From: Stellaceae bacterium
GTDB lineage: Bacteria > Pseudomonadota > Alphaproteobacteria > ATCC43930 > CGMCC-115725
Reading direction: 5' to 3'
Length of the DNA stretch: 64,000 bases
Assembly: GCA_035550515.1 (NCBI GenBank)
Contig: DASZOZ010000135.1
Span: 9,355-73,354 of the forward strand
Of the stretch, positions 1 through 10,728 are shown piece after piece. Numbering within the stretch: the stretch's first letter is position 1; the number at the start of each line of letters is the position of its first letter. The notes under the pieces were generated by a model that saw only the letters and a list, made by a program, of their open reading frames with translations, did not search any database and had not been told where the DNA came from. The position numbers and the translations under genes were made by a program.

Positions 1-289
1 AATCGTAGATGGGATGACTCAGTTCAATCCCAAGCTGTAGGGCGCGGCGTACGTAAGATCCGATCGGCACCGACGCCACGGGAGCCATGTGGAGTTCTTC
101 GATCCTGACGAGCGCCTCGGCGGTGCTGGCTTCGCCAAGCCGGACGTGACGCCAAAGCGCGTTAGCTGCTTCGGCCAACCAGAGTTCGGGGGCCATCAAC
201 TCCTCCGTGAGGAGCGTAATCGCGGCCTCGGAGCCCGGTTCGTCAAAAACCCATTTTAAGGCTACCGACGCGTCGATAACGATGCTCAC
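1..289 (-). CDS. vapC: PIN-domain toxin VapC; 3' end cut by the window edge
   Basis: My minus-strand translation from GTG at 289 gives VSIVIDASVALKWVFDEPGSEAAITLL...ELSHPIYD, typical of a PIN/VapC N-terminus. The GTG overlaps the upstream antitoxin stop in GTGA (286..289). Confidence 0.75.
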   Translation of the reverse strand, partial: MSIVIDASVALKWVFDEPGSEAAITLLTEELMAPELWLAEAANALWRHVRLGEASTAEALVRIEELHMAPVASVPIGSYVRRALQLGIELSHPIYD

Positions 290-519
290 CGCTCGTCGCG
301 ATCCTGGCGAATAAGGGCGGTCGAGTCCGTCAGAATGCGGCCTCGGGTTTCTTCTCTCAGCTTGGCCGCACGCTCCCGGAACCCAGCGCGTCCAGGGCGC
401 AGGAATTCTTCCAGAATATGGCGAAGCTCGGCTTCAGCGCTGCGGCCGTGTTCGGTTGCGCGGCGTTTCAATTCCTGCACCACATCGAGAGGAACATTGC
501 GGACGAGCAGCTGCGGCAT
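286..519 (-). CDS. Ribbon-helix-helix antitoxin (FitA/VapB-like plasmid stability protein)
   Basis: The ORF track gives MPQLLVRNVPLDVVQELKRRATEHGRSAEAELRHILEE, an Arc/RHH antitoxin pattern. ATG at 519 is preceded by AAGGA. The longer ORF to 543 has no SD. Confidence 0.7.
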   Translation of the reverse strand: MPQLLVRNVPLDVVQELKRRATEHGRSAEAELRHILEEFLRPGRAGFRERAAKLREETRGRILTDSTALIRQDRDER

Positions 520-665
520 TCCAGGTCCTTTGTGCGATAGCATATGATAGCACTATCAACCTTGCCTTCAAGACTGAGGTGGCGCGGGCTGTTCCGAGGG
601 ACTAAGCTGCCCCCGCCCTCTCCCTTTGTGGAGAGGGATTTTGCTGCGATCGGACCCGCTCTCGA

Positions 666-1601
666 ATGGCCGCCACCAAAGCCCCCGCCCTGCCCGCTTC
701 GGTCGACGCGACGCTTGCGATGCTCGGCGGCGCCGATTACGTCGCCGACCGCAGCCTGGCGACCGCGGTGCATCTGGCACTGCACCTCAAGCGGCCGCTG
801 TTCCTCGAAGGCGAAGCCGGGGTCGGCAAGACCGAGATCGCGAAGGTCCTGTCGGCGGCGCTGAAGCGCAAGCTGATCCGGCTGCAATGCTATGAGGGGC
901 TCGATGTCGCCTCGGCGGTCTACGAGTGGGATTACGCGCGGCAGATGATCGAAATCCGCCTCGCCGAGGCGGGCAACGAGGACCGCGAGGAGATCGAGAG
1001 CACGATCTTTTCCGACCGTTTCCTGATCAAACGCCCGCTGCTCCAGGCGCTGGAGCCGGAGATCGAAGGGCCGCCGGTGCTGCTGATCGACGAGCTCGAC
1101 CGCACCGACGAACCGTTCGAGGCCTACCTCCTCGAATTGCTGTCGGATTTCCAGGTGACGATCCCCGAGATCGGCACGATCAAGGCGGCGCATCCGCCGA
1201 TCGTCGTGATCACCTCGAACCGGACGCGCGAAATCCACGACGCCTTGAAGCGGCGCTGCTTCTATTACTGGGTCGACTACCCCAATGCCGAGCGCGAGCT
1301 GGAGATCCTGGCGAAGAAAGCGCCCGGTGCGGCGCCGGAATTGTCGCAAGCCGTGGTCGGTTTTGTGCAGAAATTGCGCAAGATGGACCTGTTCAAGCTG
1401 CCCGGCATCGCCGAGACCATCGACTGGACCGAGGCGTTGATGCAGCTCGACGTGCTCGAACTGACGCCGAACGCGATCAACGACACGCTCGGCGTGCTGC
1501 TCAAATACCAGGACGACATCGCCCGCATCCAGGGCAGCGAAGCGGCGCGGCTGCTCGACCAGGTCAAGGCCGAGCTGGCGGCGGCGCCGCGCGGAAGCTG
1601 A
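666..1601 (+). CDS. MoxR-family AAA+ ATPase (CoxD-like)
   Basis: Walker A LFLEGEAGVGKTEIAK, Walker B LLIDELDR, 311 aa. It is followed by a vWA partner, as in MoxR/CoxD-CoxE pairs. Confidence 0.85.
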   Translation: MAATKAPALPASVDATLAMLGGADYVADRSLATAVHLALHLKRPLFLEGEAGVGKTEIAKVLSAALKRKLIRLQCYEGLDVASAVYEWDYARQMIEIRLAEAGNEDREEIESTIFSDRFLIKRPLLQALEPEIEGPPVLLIDELDRTDEPFEAYLLELLSDFQVTIPEIGTIKAAHPPIVVITSNRTREIHDALKRRCFYYWVDYPNAERELEILAKKAPGAAPELSQAVVGFVQKLRKMDLFKLPGIAETIDWTEALMQLDVLELTPNAINDTLGVLLKYQDDIARIQGSEAARLLDQVKAELAAAPRGS

Positions 1602-1663
1602 GGCCGGTGCGTCGGCAATCCTCCCCCGCCACCGCGGAACAAGGCCGGCTGGTCGCCAACCTG

Positions 1664-2839
1664 ATGCATTTCGCGCGGACGCTGCGCGCGGCGGGAATGC
1701 CGGTCGGGCCGGGCAAGGTGATCGACGCGGTCGCCGCGGTGCGGACGGTCGGCATCACCAATCGCAGCGATTTCTACTGGACGCTGCACGCGGTGTTCGT
1801 CAACCGGCCGGACCAGCGGCCGCTGTTCGACCAGGCCTTTCACGTCTTCTGGCGCAACCCCGAGCTGCTGAAGAAGATGATGGCGCTGGTGCTGCCGGAG
1901 ATGAGCCTCGACCTGCCGGAGGACGAGAAGCAGGAGATGCTGCGCCGCCTCGCCGAGGCGCTGCACCCCAACCCGGAATCGCGCGAGACCGGCGAGACCG
2001 AGCTGGAATTCGACGCGGCGATGACGTTTTCCGACCGCGAACAGCTTCAGGGCATGGATTTCGAGAAGATGTCGCTCGACGAGCTGGCGCAGGCCAAGGC
2101 GGCGATCGCCCGGCTCCGGCTGCCGGTGCTCGACCGGCCGACGCGGCGCTTTGCGCCCGACCCGCGCGGCGCCCGCGCCGATATGCGCGCCACCCTGCGC
2201 GCCGCGCTGCGCTCGGGCGGCATCGTCGAGCTGAAGCGCAAGAGCCGCCGCCTGCGGCCGCCGCCGCTGGTCGTGCTGTGCGACATCTCCGGCTCGATGA
2301 GCCGCTACAGCCGGATGTTCCTGCATTTCATGCACGCGATCACCAACGACCGCGACCGCGTCTACACTTTCGTGTTCGGCACGCGGCTGACCAACATCAC
2401 GCGCTATCTGCGCTTCAAGGATGTCGACCTGGCGCTCGACAAGGTGACCGAGGCGGTCGCCGACTGGTCGGGCGGCACCCGGATCGGCCACTGCCTGGTC
2501 GACTTCAACCTTTACTGGTCGCGCCGGGTGCTCGGCCAGGGTGCGGTGGTGCTGCTGATCACCGATGGCCTCGATCGCGATGTCGGGGTCGGGCTGGCGC
2601 ATGAGATGGACCGGCTGCACCGTTCCTGCCGCCGGCTGATTTGGCTCAATCCGCTGTTGCGTTACGAGGGGTTCGAACCAAAATCTCTAGGCATGAGGGC
2701 GATGTTGCCGCATGTCGACGAGTTCCGTCCGGTGCACAACCTCGACAGCCTCGAAAACCTGGTGACGGTGCTGAGCGCACCGGCGCCGCGCCGGTTGACC
2801 GCAGCAGCGATGCTGCACAATGGAGTGCGAGCGGCATGA
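1664..2839 (+). CDS. vWA-domain CoxE-like protein
   Basis: Sequence MHFARTLRAAGMPVGPGKVIDA... with MIDAS-like DISGSM (VVLCDISGSMSRY) and C-terminal WLNPLL, typical of the CoxE/VWA_CoxE family. The start is uncertain; an in-frame GTG at 1607 is also possible. Confidence 0.8.
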   Translation: MHFARTLRAAGMPVGPGKVIDAVAAVRTVGITNRSDFYWTLHAVFVNRPDQRPLFDQAFHVFWRNPELLKKMMALVLPEMSLDLPEDEKQEMLRRLAEALHPNPESRETGETELEFDAAMTFSDREQLQGMDFEKMSLDELAQAKAAIARLRLPVLDRPTRRFAPDPRGARADMRATLRAALRSGGIVELKRKSRRLRPPPLVVLCDISGSMSRYSRMFLHFMHAITNDRDRVYTFVFGTRLTNITRYLRFKDVDLALDKVTEAVADWSGGTRIGHCLVDFNLYWSRRVLGQGAVVLLITDGLDRDVGVGLAHEMDRLHRSCRRLIWLNPLLRYEGFEPKSLGMRAMLPHVDEFRPVHNLDSLENLVTVLSAPAPRRLTAAAMLHNGVRAA

Positions 2840-3156
2840 GCGATCACGCGGAAATACTGCAGCAGGCCGCCGATTGGCGCCACGCCGGCAAGGGCGTGGC
2901 GCTGGCCACCGTGGTCAAGACCTGGGGCTCGTCGCCCCGGCCGACCGGCGCAAAGCTCGCCGTCGCCGACAGCGGCGAGTTTGTCGGCTCGGTGTCGGGC
3001 GGCTGCGTCGAGGGCGCGGTCATCGAGGAAGCGCAGGCGGCGATCCGCGACGGCAAGCCGCGCCTGCTCGATTTCGGGGTCAGCGACGAGCAGGCCTGGG
3101 AGGTCGGGCTCGCCTGCGGCGGCAAGATCGAAATCTTTGTGGAGCCGGTCGAATGA
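2836..3156 (+). CDS. XdhC/CoxI family protein, N-terminal-domain-only half
   Basis: MSDHAEILQQAADWRHAGKGVALATVVKTWGSSPRPTGAKLAV...GSVSGGCVEGAV is the XdhC_CoxI signature. ATGA overlap with the upstream gene. Confidence 0.8.
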   Translation: MSDHAEILQQAADWRHAGKGVALATVVKTWGSSPRPTGAKLAVADSGEFVGSVSGGCVEGAVIEEAQAAIRDGKPRLLDFGVSDEQAWEVGLACGGKIEIFVEPVE

Positions 3157-3851
3157 GAAGCCGCTTTCTCGACGCGGTGCTTGCCGCCAACGCGGAAGGC
3201 CGCACCGTCGCGCTGGCGACCGACCTCAAATCCGGCGCGCAGCTCTTTTTCGCCGACGGTGAGATCGAGGGCGAGCTCGAACTCGACGAGGCTGCCCTGG
3301 GCCAGGTCCGGGATGCTTTGCGGGTCGACCGCAATATATCGCTGGATACGCCGCACGGCCGGGTCTTTGTGCAGGTGTTCAGCCCGCCGCGCCGCTGTTT
3401 CGTGATCGGCGCGGTGCATATCGCACAGCCGCTGGTGCCGATGCTGATCGCCTGCGACTACAAGCCGATCGTGATCGACCCGCGCGGCGCCTGGGCGACC
3501 GAGGCTCGCTTTCCTGGCGTCGAGCTGTCGAGCGAATGGCCCGACGAGGCGCTGGAACGCATGAAGCCGGACCGCGCCTCGGCCGTGGTGGCGCTGACCC
3601 ACGATCCGAAGATCGACGACCCCGGCCTCACCGTCGCGTTGCGCTCGGAGGCGTTCTACATCGGCGCGCTGGGCTCGCGGCGCACCCACGCCAAGCGGCT
3701 GGAACGGCTGGCGGCGGCGGGCTTTGGCGAAAACGAGCTGTCGCGCATCCACGGCCCCATCGGGCTCAATATCGGCGCCGTGTCGCAGGCCGAGGTCGCG
3801 GTGTCGATCATCGCCGAGATGACGCAGGTGCTGCGTCGCGGCGAGGTCTAG
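3153..3851 (+). CDS. XdhC family protein, C-terminal Rossmann-like half
   Basis: CFVIGAVHIAQPLVPM...ALTHDPKIDDPGL...YIGALGSRRTHAKR...GPIGLNIGA matches the XdhC C-terminal domain. ATGA overlap with the N-terminal half. Confidence 0.8.
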   Translation: MRSRFLDAVLAANAEGRTVALATDLKSGAQLFFADGEIEGELELDEAALGQVRDALRVDRNISLDTPHGRVFVQVFSPPRRCFVIGAVHIAQPLVPMLIACDYKPIVIDPRGAWATEARFPGVELSSEWPDEALERMKPDRASAVVALTHDPKIDDPGLTVALRSEAFYIGALGSRRTHAKRLERLAAAGFGENELSRIHGPIGLNIGAVSQAEVAVSIIAEMTQVLRRGEV

Positions 3852-3860
3852 GACGGCGGG

Positions 3861-5510
<1,650 letters not shown>

Positions 5511-5533
5511 CCCGCACCGCTTATCCCTCGCCT

Positions 5534-5634
5534 CCCCCGGGCTTGACCCGGGGGTCCACGTCTTTACCGGCGACGACAAACCGAAAGACGTGGATGGCCG
5601 GGTCAAGCTCGGCCATGACGAAAGTGCGATAGCC
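5534..5634. repeat. Palindromic intergenic repeat, family A (core ggccgggtcaagc.cggccatgacg plus ccacgtctt/aagacgtgg arms)
   Basis: Read directly: cccccgggcttgacccggggg tccacgtcttt ... aaagacgtgga tggccgggtcaagctcggccatgacg. Related copies occur at 40947, 41998, 44377, 44526, 52575, 54789 and 56542. Confidence 0.8.
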
Positions 5635-5639
5635 TCGGC

Positions 5640-6044
5640 CTAGCGTTTCGCGTTGGCGATCAGGTAGGCGGCGAAATCGGCCGGTTTGAGCTTGACCGCC
5701 TTGAGGTCGCTTTCGCCGGCGAGCGCGCGGCTGACGACGATATGGTTCTCGACCTTGACCGGGTTCACGCGGAAGACGCCGCGCGCGCCCTTGAGCTTGG
5801 GATAGAGGTTGGGGTCGATCATCCGCTCCTTGGCGCCGAGCCGGTCGATCGCCTCGTCCTCGTCCAGCCCGTCGACCGGCTCGGCCTTGACGATCGACCA
5901 GTCGGTCTCGCCGGCCCAGCCCGCGGCGGCCGCCGCCTTGGGATCGCCGTCGGTGACGCCAAGCTTGAAGACGTGCTTGCCGAGCCCGACATCCGAGGCC
6001 CATTTGCCGGTCTTGACGCTGCGCGCGACATAGATGCTGGGCAT
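5640..6044 (-). CDS. Hypothetical protein (134 aa)
   Basis: Clean ORF with GC-rich third positions and no family I can name confidently. A weak GIY-YIG/T5orf172-like start (IYVARS...FKLGVT) is speculation only. Confidence 0.45.
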   Translation of the reverse strand: MPSIYVARSVKTGKWASDVGLGKHVFKLGVTDGDPKAAAAAGWAGETDWSIVKAEPVDGLDEDEAIDRLGAKERMIDPNLYPKLKGARGVFRVNPVKVENHIVVSRALAGESDLKAVKLKPADFAAYLIANAKR

Positions 6045-6053
6045 GTGGTCCCC

Positions 6054-6506
6054 CTAGCCCCAGAACCGGCCGCTGGCGCCGATCGCGGCGGTGACCAGGC
6101 CGAGGACCAGGTTGATCATCACCAGGATGCGGATCTGATCGAGCTGGACCGCGGCGGCGGCGCTGTCGCCGCGGTCGAGCGCGCGCCGGAACCGCTTCCA
6201 CGGCGCAAAATAAACATGAAAGAAAATCAGCATCATGATGATGCCGATCGCCATCATCACATGAACATGCAGCCCCCCGGCATAGCCGCCGAGAAACAGC
6301 GTGAACCCGCTGATCAGCAGCAGCGCGACAGCCGCGAAGACCCAGGCGAAGAACCCGCCGAGGACCCGCCGCCACAGCGCCAGCCGCGCCGCCGGGTCGA
6401 GCGGCCCGGTCGCCGGGCGCAACACGAGCAGCGCGAAGAACATCCCGCCGACCCAGACGATCGCGCTCAACTCGTGGAGAACAAGGGCCAGCGACGGGAG
6501 AAACAT
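6054..6506 (-). CDS. Small 4-TM integral membrane protein (CopD-like family)
   Basis: 150 aa with four hydrophobic segments. The LHELSAIVWVGGMFF start resembles CopD-family/DUF2269-like proteins. Confidence 0.45.
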   Translation of the reverse strand: MFLPSLALVLHELSAIVWVGGMFFALLVLRPATGPLDPAARLALWRRVLGGFFAWVFAAVALLLISGFTLFLGGYAGGLHVHVMMAIGIIMMLIFFHVYFAPWKRFRRALDRGDSAAAAVQLDQIRILVMINLVLGLVTAAIGASGRFWG

Positions 6507-6509
6507 CGG

Positions 6510-7205
6510 CTAGCCGCCGTATCCGGGAGAGCGGCGCCCGAGCCCGCCGTGCAGGTCGAGCATCCGGCCGCGCCAGGCAAAGACCGGATCGTCGGCGGCA
6601 ACCAGTGCGAAGTCGCTGATCGCGCGCGCCCACTGGAAAGCGCCGAACACGATGTAGTCGGCGTAGGCCGGCGCGTCGCCGCAGACAAAAGGCTGGCGCT
6701 CGACCGTACGGCGCAGCGGATCGAGGCTGGCGCGGAACGCCGGCAACCGCGCCTCGCGGTCCTTCGCGAAGTCCTCCATCGTCGTGCCGAACCGGCTCTC
6801 GCGCGATTGGCGGAAATACTCCTGATCCTTCGGCCCGATATGCGCGTAGATGTCGAGCAGCACGAGCCGGATCAGCCCGACCTGCAGCACCGTCTCGGTC
6901 CAGTTCTGCACGAATTTCGACAGGCCGCGCGCCGCCGCGCCGGGGAACAGGCTCGGCCGGTCGGGGTATTGTCGTTCGAGATAATCGGCGATCGCCGACG
7001 AATCGTGCACCACCTTGCCGCTGTCGACGATGACCGGCACCCGCCCGTCATTCGGGGTCGGCAGCTTGTCCTTCTCGGTAAAGCGCCACGGCACGGTCTC
7101 GACTTCGAGCCCTTTATGCGCCAGCGCCATTCGCGTCCGCCAGCAGAACGGGCTGAACCGGCGGTCCGCCTCGACCCCGGCCAGATCGTACATCGTAATC
7201 GCCAT
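6510..7205 (-). CDS. Glutathione S-transferase family protein
   Basis: MAITMYDLAGVEADRRFSPFCWRTRMALAHKGLEVETVPWRF...VPVIVDSGKVVHDSSAIADYLE is a thioredoxin-fold GST N-domain. GGAGG SD upstream of ATG 7205. Confidence 0.8.
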   Translation of the reverse strand: MAITMYDLAGVEADRRFSPFCWRTRMALAHKGLEVETVPWRFTEKDKLPTPNDGRVPVIVDSGKVVHDSSAIADYLERQYPDRPSLFPGAAARGLSKFVQNWTETVLQVGLIRLVLLDIYAHIGPKDQEYFRQSRESRFGTTMEDFAKDREARLPAFRASLDPLRRTVERQPFVCGDAPAYADYIVFGAFQWARAISDFALVAADDPVFAWRGRMLDLHGGLGRRSPGYGG

Positions 7206-7266
7206 GCCCTGACCTCCGCCTGACTGCATCCCACTATGGCTTGTTGCGGCGGTGCCGCCAACCGGC

Positions 7267-7282
7267 TGGCACGGTCTTTGCT
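7267..7282 (+). promoter_or_regulatory. Putative sigma54 (-24/-12) promoter for the nirA operon
   Basis: TGGCAC-ggtct-TTGCT matches the TGGCAC-N5-TTGCW consensus exactly and lies about 40 nt upstream of the nirA ATG. Confidence 0.5.
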
Positions 7283-7321
7283 GCACTGCACACAAGGCGT
7301 TGACGGGTGTGCGGTGGATAA

Positions 7322-9112
7322 ATGGCGTCAGAACAAGGCTTTACCGACGAACAGAAACAGTATCTCGAAGGTTTCATTACTGCGATTGCTAACAAACGAG
7401 GCACCGATCTGCCCGGTACCGCGGCAGTCGGCGGCCCGGCTAGCGGCGGGAATCCCCGCCCCGGCGACCCGATGGCGATCCATGACGAAGCGCAGGACCG
7501 CGTCGTTGCTTCCGGCCGCAAGCTGACCCCCGAGGAGATCGCCAAGCGCGACAAGCACCCGTTCGACATCTGGGACGAGATGGCGGCCAACGCCGCGGCC
7601 GGCCGTTTCCCGAAGGGGCTCGATGTCTTCCGTCACAAATTCCACGGCCTGTTCTATGTCGCGCCGACCCAGGATTCCTTCATGCTGCGCCTGCGCCTGC
7701 CGGGCGGCATCGTCACGGCGCCGCAGGCGCGCGGTCTCGCCGATATCGCCGAAGGCTTGGGCGGCGGCTGTCTCGACATCACCACCCGCGCCAACCTGCA
7801 GATCCGCGAGATCGGCGCGCGCTATCCGATCGAGGTGCTCGAGGCGATTGACGAGCTGGGGCTCAGCTCGCGCGGGTCAGGCGCCGACAACATCCGCAAC
7901 CTGACCGGCAGCCCGGCGGCGGGCATCGACCCGCAGGAGGTCTACGACACCCGGCCGCTGACCCGCGCGCTCTATCACCACATCCTCAACCACCGCGAGC
8001 TGTACGGGCTGCCGCGCAAGTTCAACATCGCCTTTGACGGCGGCGGCCGGCTAGCGGTGCTCGACGATACCAACGATATCGGCTTTACCGCGGTGCGCGT
8101 CGGGCCGGGCAAGGCGGTGCCGCAGGGCCTTTATTTCCGCATGGCGCTCGGCGGGATTACCGGGCACGGCGCGTTCGCCCGCGACGCCGGCGTGCTGCTG
8201 GCCCCGGACGAGGTGGTCGCGGCGGCGGCGGCGATCGTCAAGGCGTTCATCGCGCATGGCGACCGCACGGATCGGCGCAAGGCGCGGATGAAATACCTGA
8301 TCGACCAGTGGGGCATCCCCAAGCTGGTCGAGGCGGCGGCGCGGTATCTGCCCTTTGCGTGGCGCTACGCCGGCCCCGAGGTCAACGAACCGCGCGGGCC
8401 GGTCGATCGCGCCGGCCATATCGGCGTGCACGACCAGGCGCAGCCGGGCCTCTGCTATGTCGGCGTGGTTGTGCCGGCCGGGCGGCTGACGGCGGCGCAG
8501 ATGCGCGGGCTCGCCGACATCGCGGCGCGCTACAGCTCCTCCACGCTGCGGCTGACGGTGTGGCAAAATCTGCTGATTTCGGATGTGCGGCGCGCGGATG
8601 TCACAGCAGTCGTCGCGGCGGTCGAGACGCTCGGACTCGCCACCACGGCGAGCGCGGTGCGCGCCGGGCTGGTCGCCTGCACCGGCAATGCCGGCTGCAA
8701 GTTCGCGCTCGCCGACACCAAGCGCCACGCGCTGGCCCTGGCAGATCATCTCGACGCGCGCCTCGCACTCGACACGCCGCTCAATATCCATATCACCGGC
8801 TGCCCCAATTCCTGCGCGCAGCACGCCGTCGGCGATATCGGCCTCCTCGCTACCAAGGTCGACGCGGCCGACGCGGAGATCGAGGGCTACCATCTGCATG
8901 TCGGCGGCGGCAGCGGCGCCGAGCAGCGGCTCGGCCGCGAAATCATGCCGTCGGTGCCCGCCGACGAGGTCCCGGCGCGGGTCGAGGCGCTGCTGCGCCG
9001 CTATCTCGCGCATCGCCGGGTCGACGAAAGCTTCTTCGCCTTCGCCGGACGCCACAGCGACGCCGAGCTCACGACGATGCTCGCCGCGCCGGTCGCGGAG
9101 GCCGCGCAATGA
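7322..9112 (+). CDS. nirA: NirA-family siroheme/4Fe-4S nitrite (or sulfite) reductase hemoprotein
   Basis: 596 aa. Cys cluster CTGNAGCKFA ... TGCPNSCAQH is typical of nitrite/sulfite reductase hemoproteins. Duplicated NIR_SIR ferredoxin-like halves. Confidence 0.85.
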   Translation: MASEQGFTDEQKQYLEGFITAIANKRGTDLPGTAAVGGPASGGNPRPGDPMAIHDEAQDRVVASGRKLTPEEIAKRDKHPFDIWDEMAANAAAGRFPKGLDVFRHKFHGLFYVAPTQDSFMLRLRLPGGIVTAPQARGLADIAEGLGGGCLDITTRANLQIREIGARYPIEVLEAIDELGLSSRGSGADNIRNLTGSPAAGIDPQEVYDTRPLTRALYHHILNHRELYGLPRKFNIAFDGGGRLAVLDDTNDIGFTAVRVGPGKAVPQGLYFRMALGGITGHGAFARDAGVLLAPDEVVAAAAAIVKAFIAHGDRTDRRKARMKYLIDQWGIPKLVEAAARYLPFAWRYAGPEVNEPRGPVDRAGHIGVHDQAQPGLCYVGVVVPAGRLTAAQMRGLADIAARYSSSTLRLTVWQNLLISDVRRADVTAVVAAVETLGLATTASAVRAGLVACTGNAGCKFALADTKRHALALADHLDARLALDTPLNIHITGCPNSCAQHAVGDIGLLATKVDAADAEIEGYHLHVGGGSGAEQRLGREIMPSVPADEVPARVEALLRRYLAHRRVDESFFAFAGRHSDAELTTMLAAPVAEAAQ

Positions 9113-10683
9113 GCCCCACCCCGCGCCTTCCCGCCAACGCGCCCTTTTCGTCGGCGCAGCGCGCCTGGCTCGACGGCTATATCGCCTGCCTCTTTGCCGA
9201 CGATACGGAACCGTTCGCGCGCATCCCGGCGCCGCTGCCCGAGCCGCCGGCAGAGGCCGAGGACCTGCCCTGGCACGATCCGCTGCTGCCGCTCGACGAG
9301 CGGCTGGCGCTGGCCGAGGGATGCGCGCCGCAACACCGGCTGATGGCGGCGATGGCCCAGCTCGACTGCGGGCAATGCGGCTATTTCTGCGACACCTACG
9401 CCGCGGCGATCTACAGTGGCACCGAGACGTCGCTAAGCCGCTGCGTGCCGGGCGGCAAGGCGACGTCGCGCGTCCTCAAGGCGATATGCGCCGACCTGGC
9501 CGCGCCGGCGGCGGCCAGGCTTGCGGTGCCCGCCGCACCCCTGTCGCCATCGGCAGCGCGGGAGACCAGACCCGCCGAGCACCGGCGGGCGCGGCTGCGG
9601 CACGCGGCGCCGCTGCACGCCGCTGGTGCAGAGAAGGACACGCGCCACGTCGTGCTCGAAGCCGCCGACGGCGTGCTCGACTACCAAGCCGGCGACAGTC
9701 TCGGCATCGTCGCCCGCAACGATCCGGGCCTTGTCGCGGCGGTCATCGAGCGGCTCGGCGCGGCGCCGGATACCGCCGTTCGATCGCCGGACGGCGTCGA
9801 ACGGCCGCTCGCCGAAGCGCTGAGCGATTCGTGCGAGATCCGCCGGGTCTCCGACCAGGCGATCGAGGTGCTGGCGTCGCGCGCGCATGACCGCGACGAG
9901 TCGCGCGTGCTGCAGGCGATGGCGGAAGGCTACCCCGGCGTCGGGCCGGACAATGCCGACCTGCTCGACCTGCTCGACGCCTTCCCCTCGGCGCGGCCGC
10001 CGCTGTCCGAGCTGATCTCCGCCCTCGACCCGCTGCTGCCGCGGCTTTATTCGATCGCCTCGTCGCCGAAGGCCAACCCCGGAGAAGTGCATCTCGCGGT
10101 CGGCGTGGTGCGCTACCGGCTGCGCGCCCGCGAGCGCGGCGGCGTCGCCTCCACCTTTCTCAGCGACCGGCTGGCCGCGGGCGACACGGTGTCCGTCTAC
10201 GTCAACCCGTCCGAAGGGTTCCGTCTGCCGACGCCGGACAAGCCGGTGATCATGATCGGGCCGGGCACCGGCATCGCGCCGTTCCGCGCGTTTCTCGAAG
10301 AGCGCCGCGCGGTCGGCGCCAAGGGCCGCAACTGGCTGTTCTTCGGCAACCCGAAGCGGGCCTGCGACTTCCTGTTCGAAGACGAGCTGGCGGGCTGGCG
10401 CCGCGACGGGCTGTTGACCCGGCTCGATACCGCCTTCTCGCGCGACCAGGCGCACAAGATCTACGTCCAGCACCGGATGCTGGAAAGCGCGGCCGAGCTA
10501 TGGGCGTGGCTCGAAGACGGCGCGCATCTCTATGTCTGCGGCGACGCGGCGCGGATGGCGCGCGATGTCGATCGCGGCCTGGCCTACATCGTCGCCAAGC
10601 AGGGCCGTCTCGATGCGGCCGGCGCCAAGGCCTATCTCGCCCGCCTCACCCGCGACGGCCGCTATCAGCGCGACGTCTACTGA
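9109..10683 (+). CDS. Sulfite-reductase-alpha-like flavoprotein (FAD/NAD(P)H ferredoxin-reductase module, no FMN domain)
   Basis: The C-terminal part RLYSIASSP...[12 protein letters not shown]...YVCGDA...RYQRDVY is the CysJ/CPR FNR-like module. The N-terminal 130 aa is a non-flavodoxin region with [12 protein letters not shown] overlap with nirA. Confidence 0.8.
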   Translation: MSPTPRLPANAPFSSAQRAWLDGYIACLFADDTEPFARIPAPLPEPPAEAEDLPWHDPLLPLDERLALAEGCAPQHRLMAAMAQLDCGQCGYFCDTYAAAIYSGTETSLSRCVPGGKATSRVLKAICADLAAPAAARLAVPAAPLSPSAARETRPAEHRRARLRHAAPLHAAGAEKDTRHVVLEAADGVLDYQAGDSLGIVARNDPGLVAAVIERLGAAPDTAVRSPDGVERPLAEALSDSCEIRRVSDQAIEVLASRAHDRDESRVLQAMAEGYPGVGPDNADLLDLLDAFPSARPPLSELISALDPLLPRLYSIASSPKANPGEVHLAVGVVRYRLRARERGGVASTFLSDRLAAGDTVSVYVNPSEGFRLPTPDKPVIMIGPGTGIAPFRAFLEERRAVGAKGRNWLFFGNPKRACDFLFEDELAGWRRDGLLTRLDTAFSRDQAHKIYVQHRMLESAAELWAWLEDGAHLYVCGDAARMARDVDRGLAYIVAKQGRLDAAGAKAYLARLTRDGRYQRDVY

Positions 10684-10728
10684 CCCGATTCGCAACTATC
10701 CACCCGGCCGCAGCCAACGGAGTACAGC

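Noticed and set aside
926-1663. Long N-terminal extension of the CoxE-like ORF (637 aa from 926)
   Set aside because: The extension overlaps the moxR gene in another frame and is Arg/Pro/Gly-rich low complexity. The CoxE-like sequence starts near 1607..1664.
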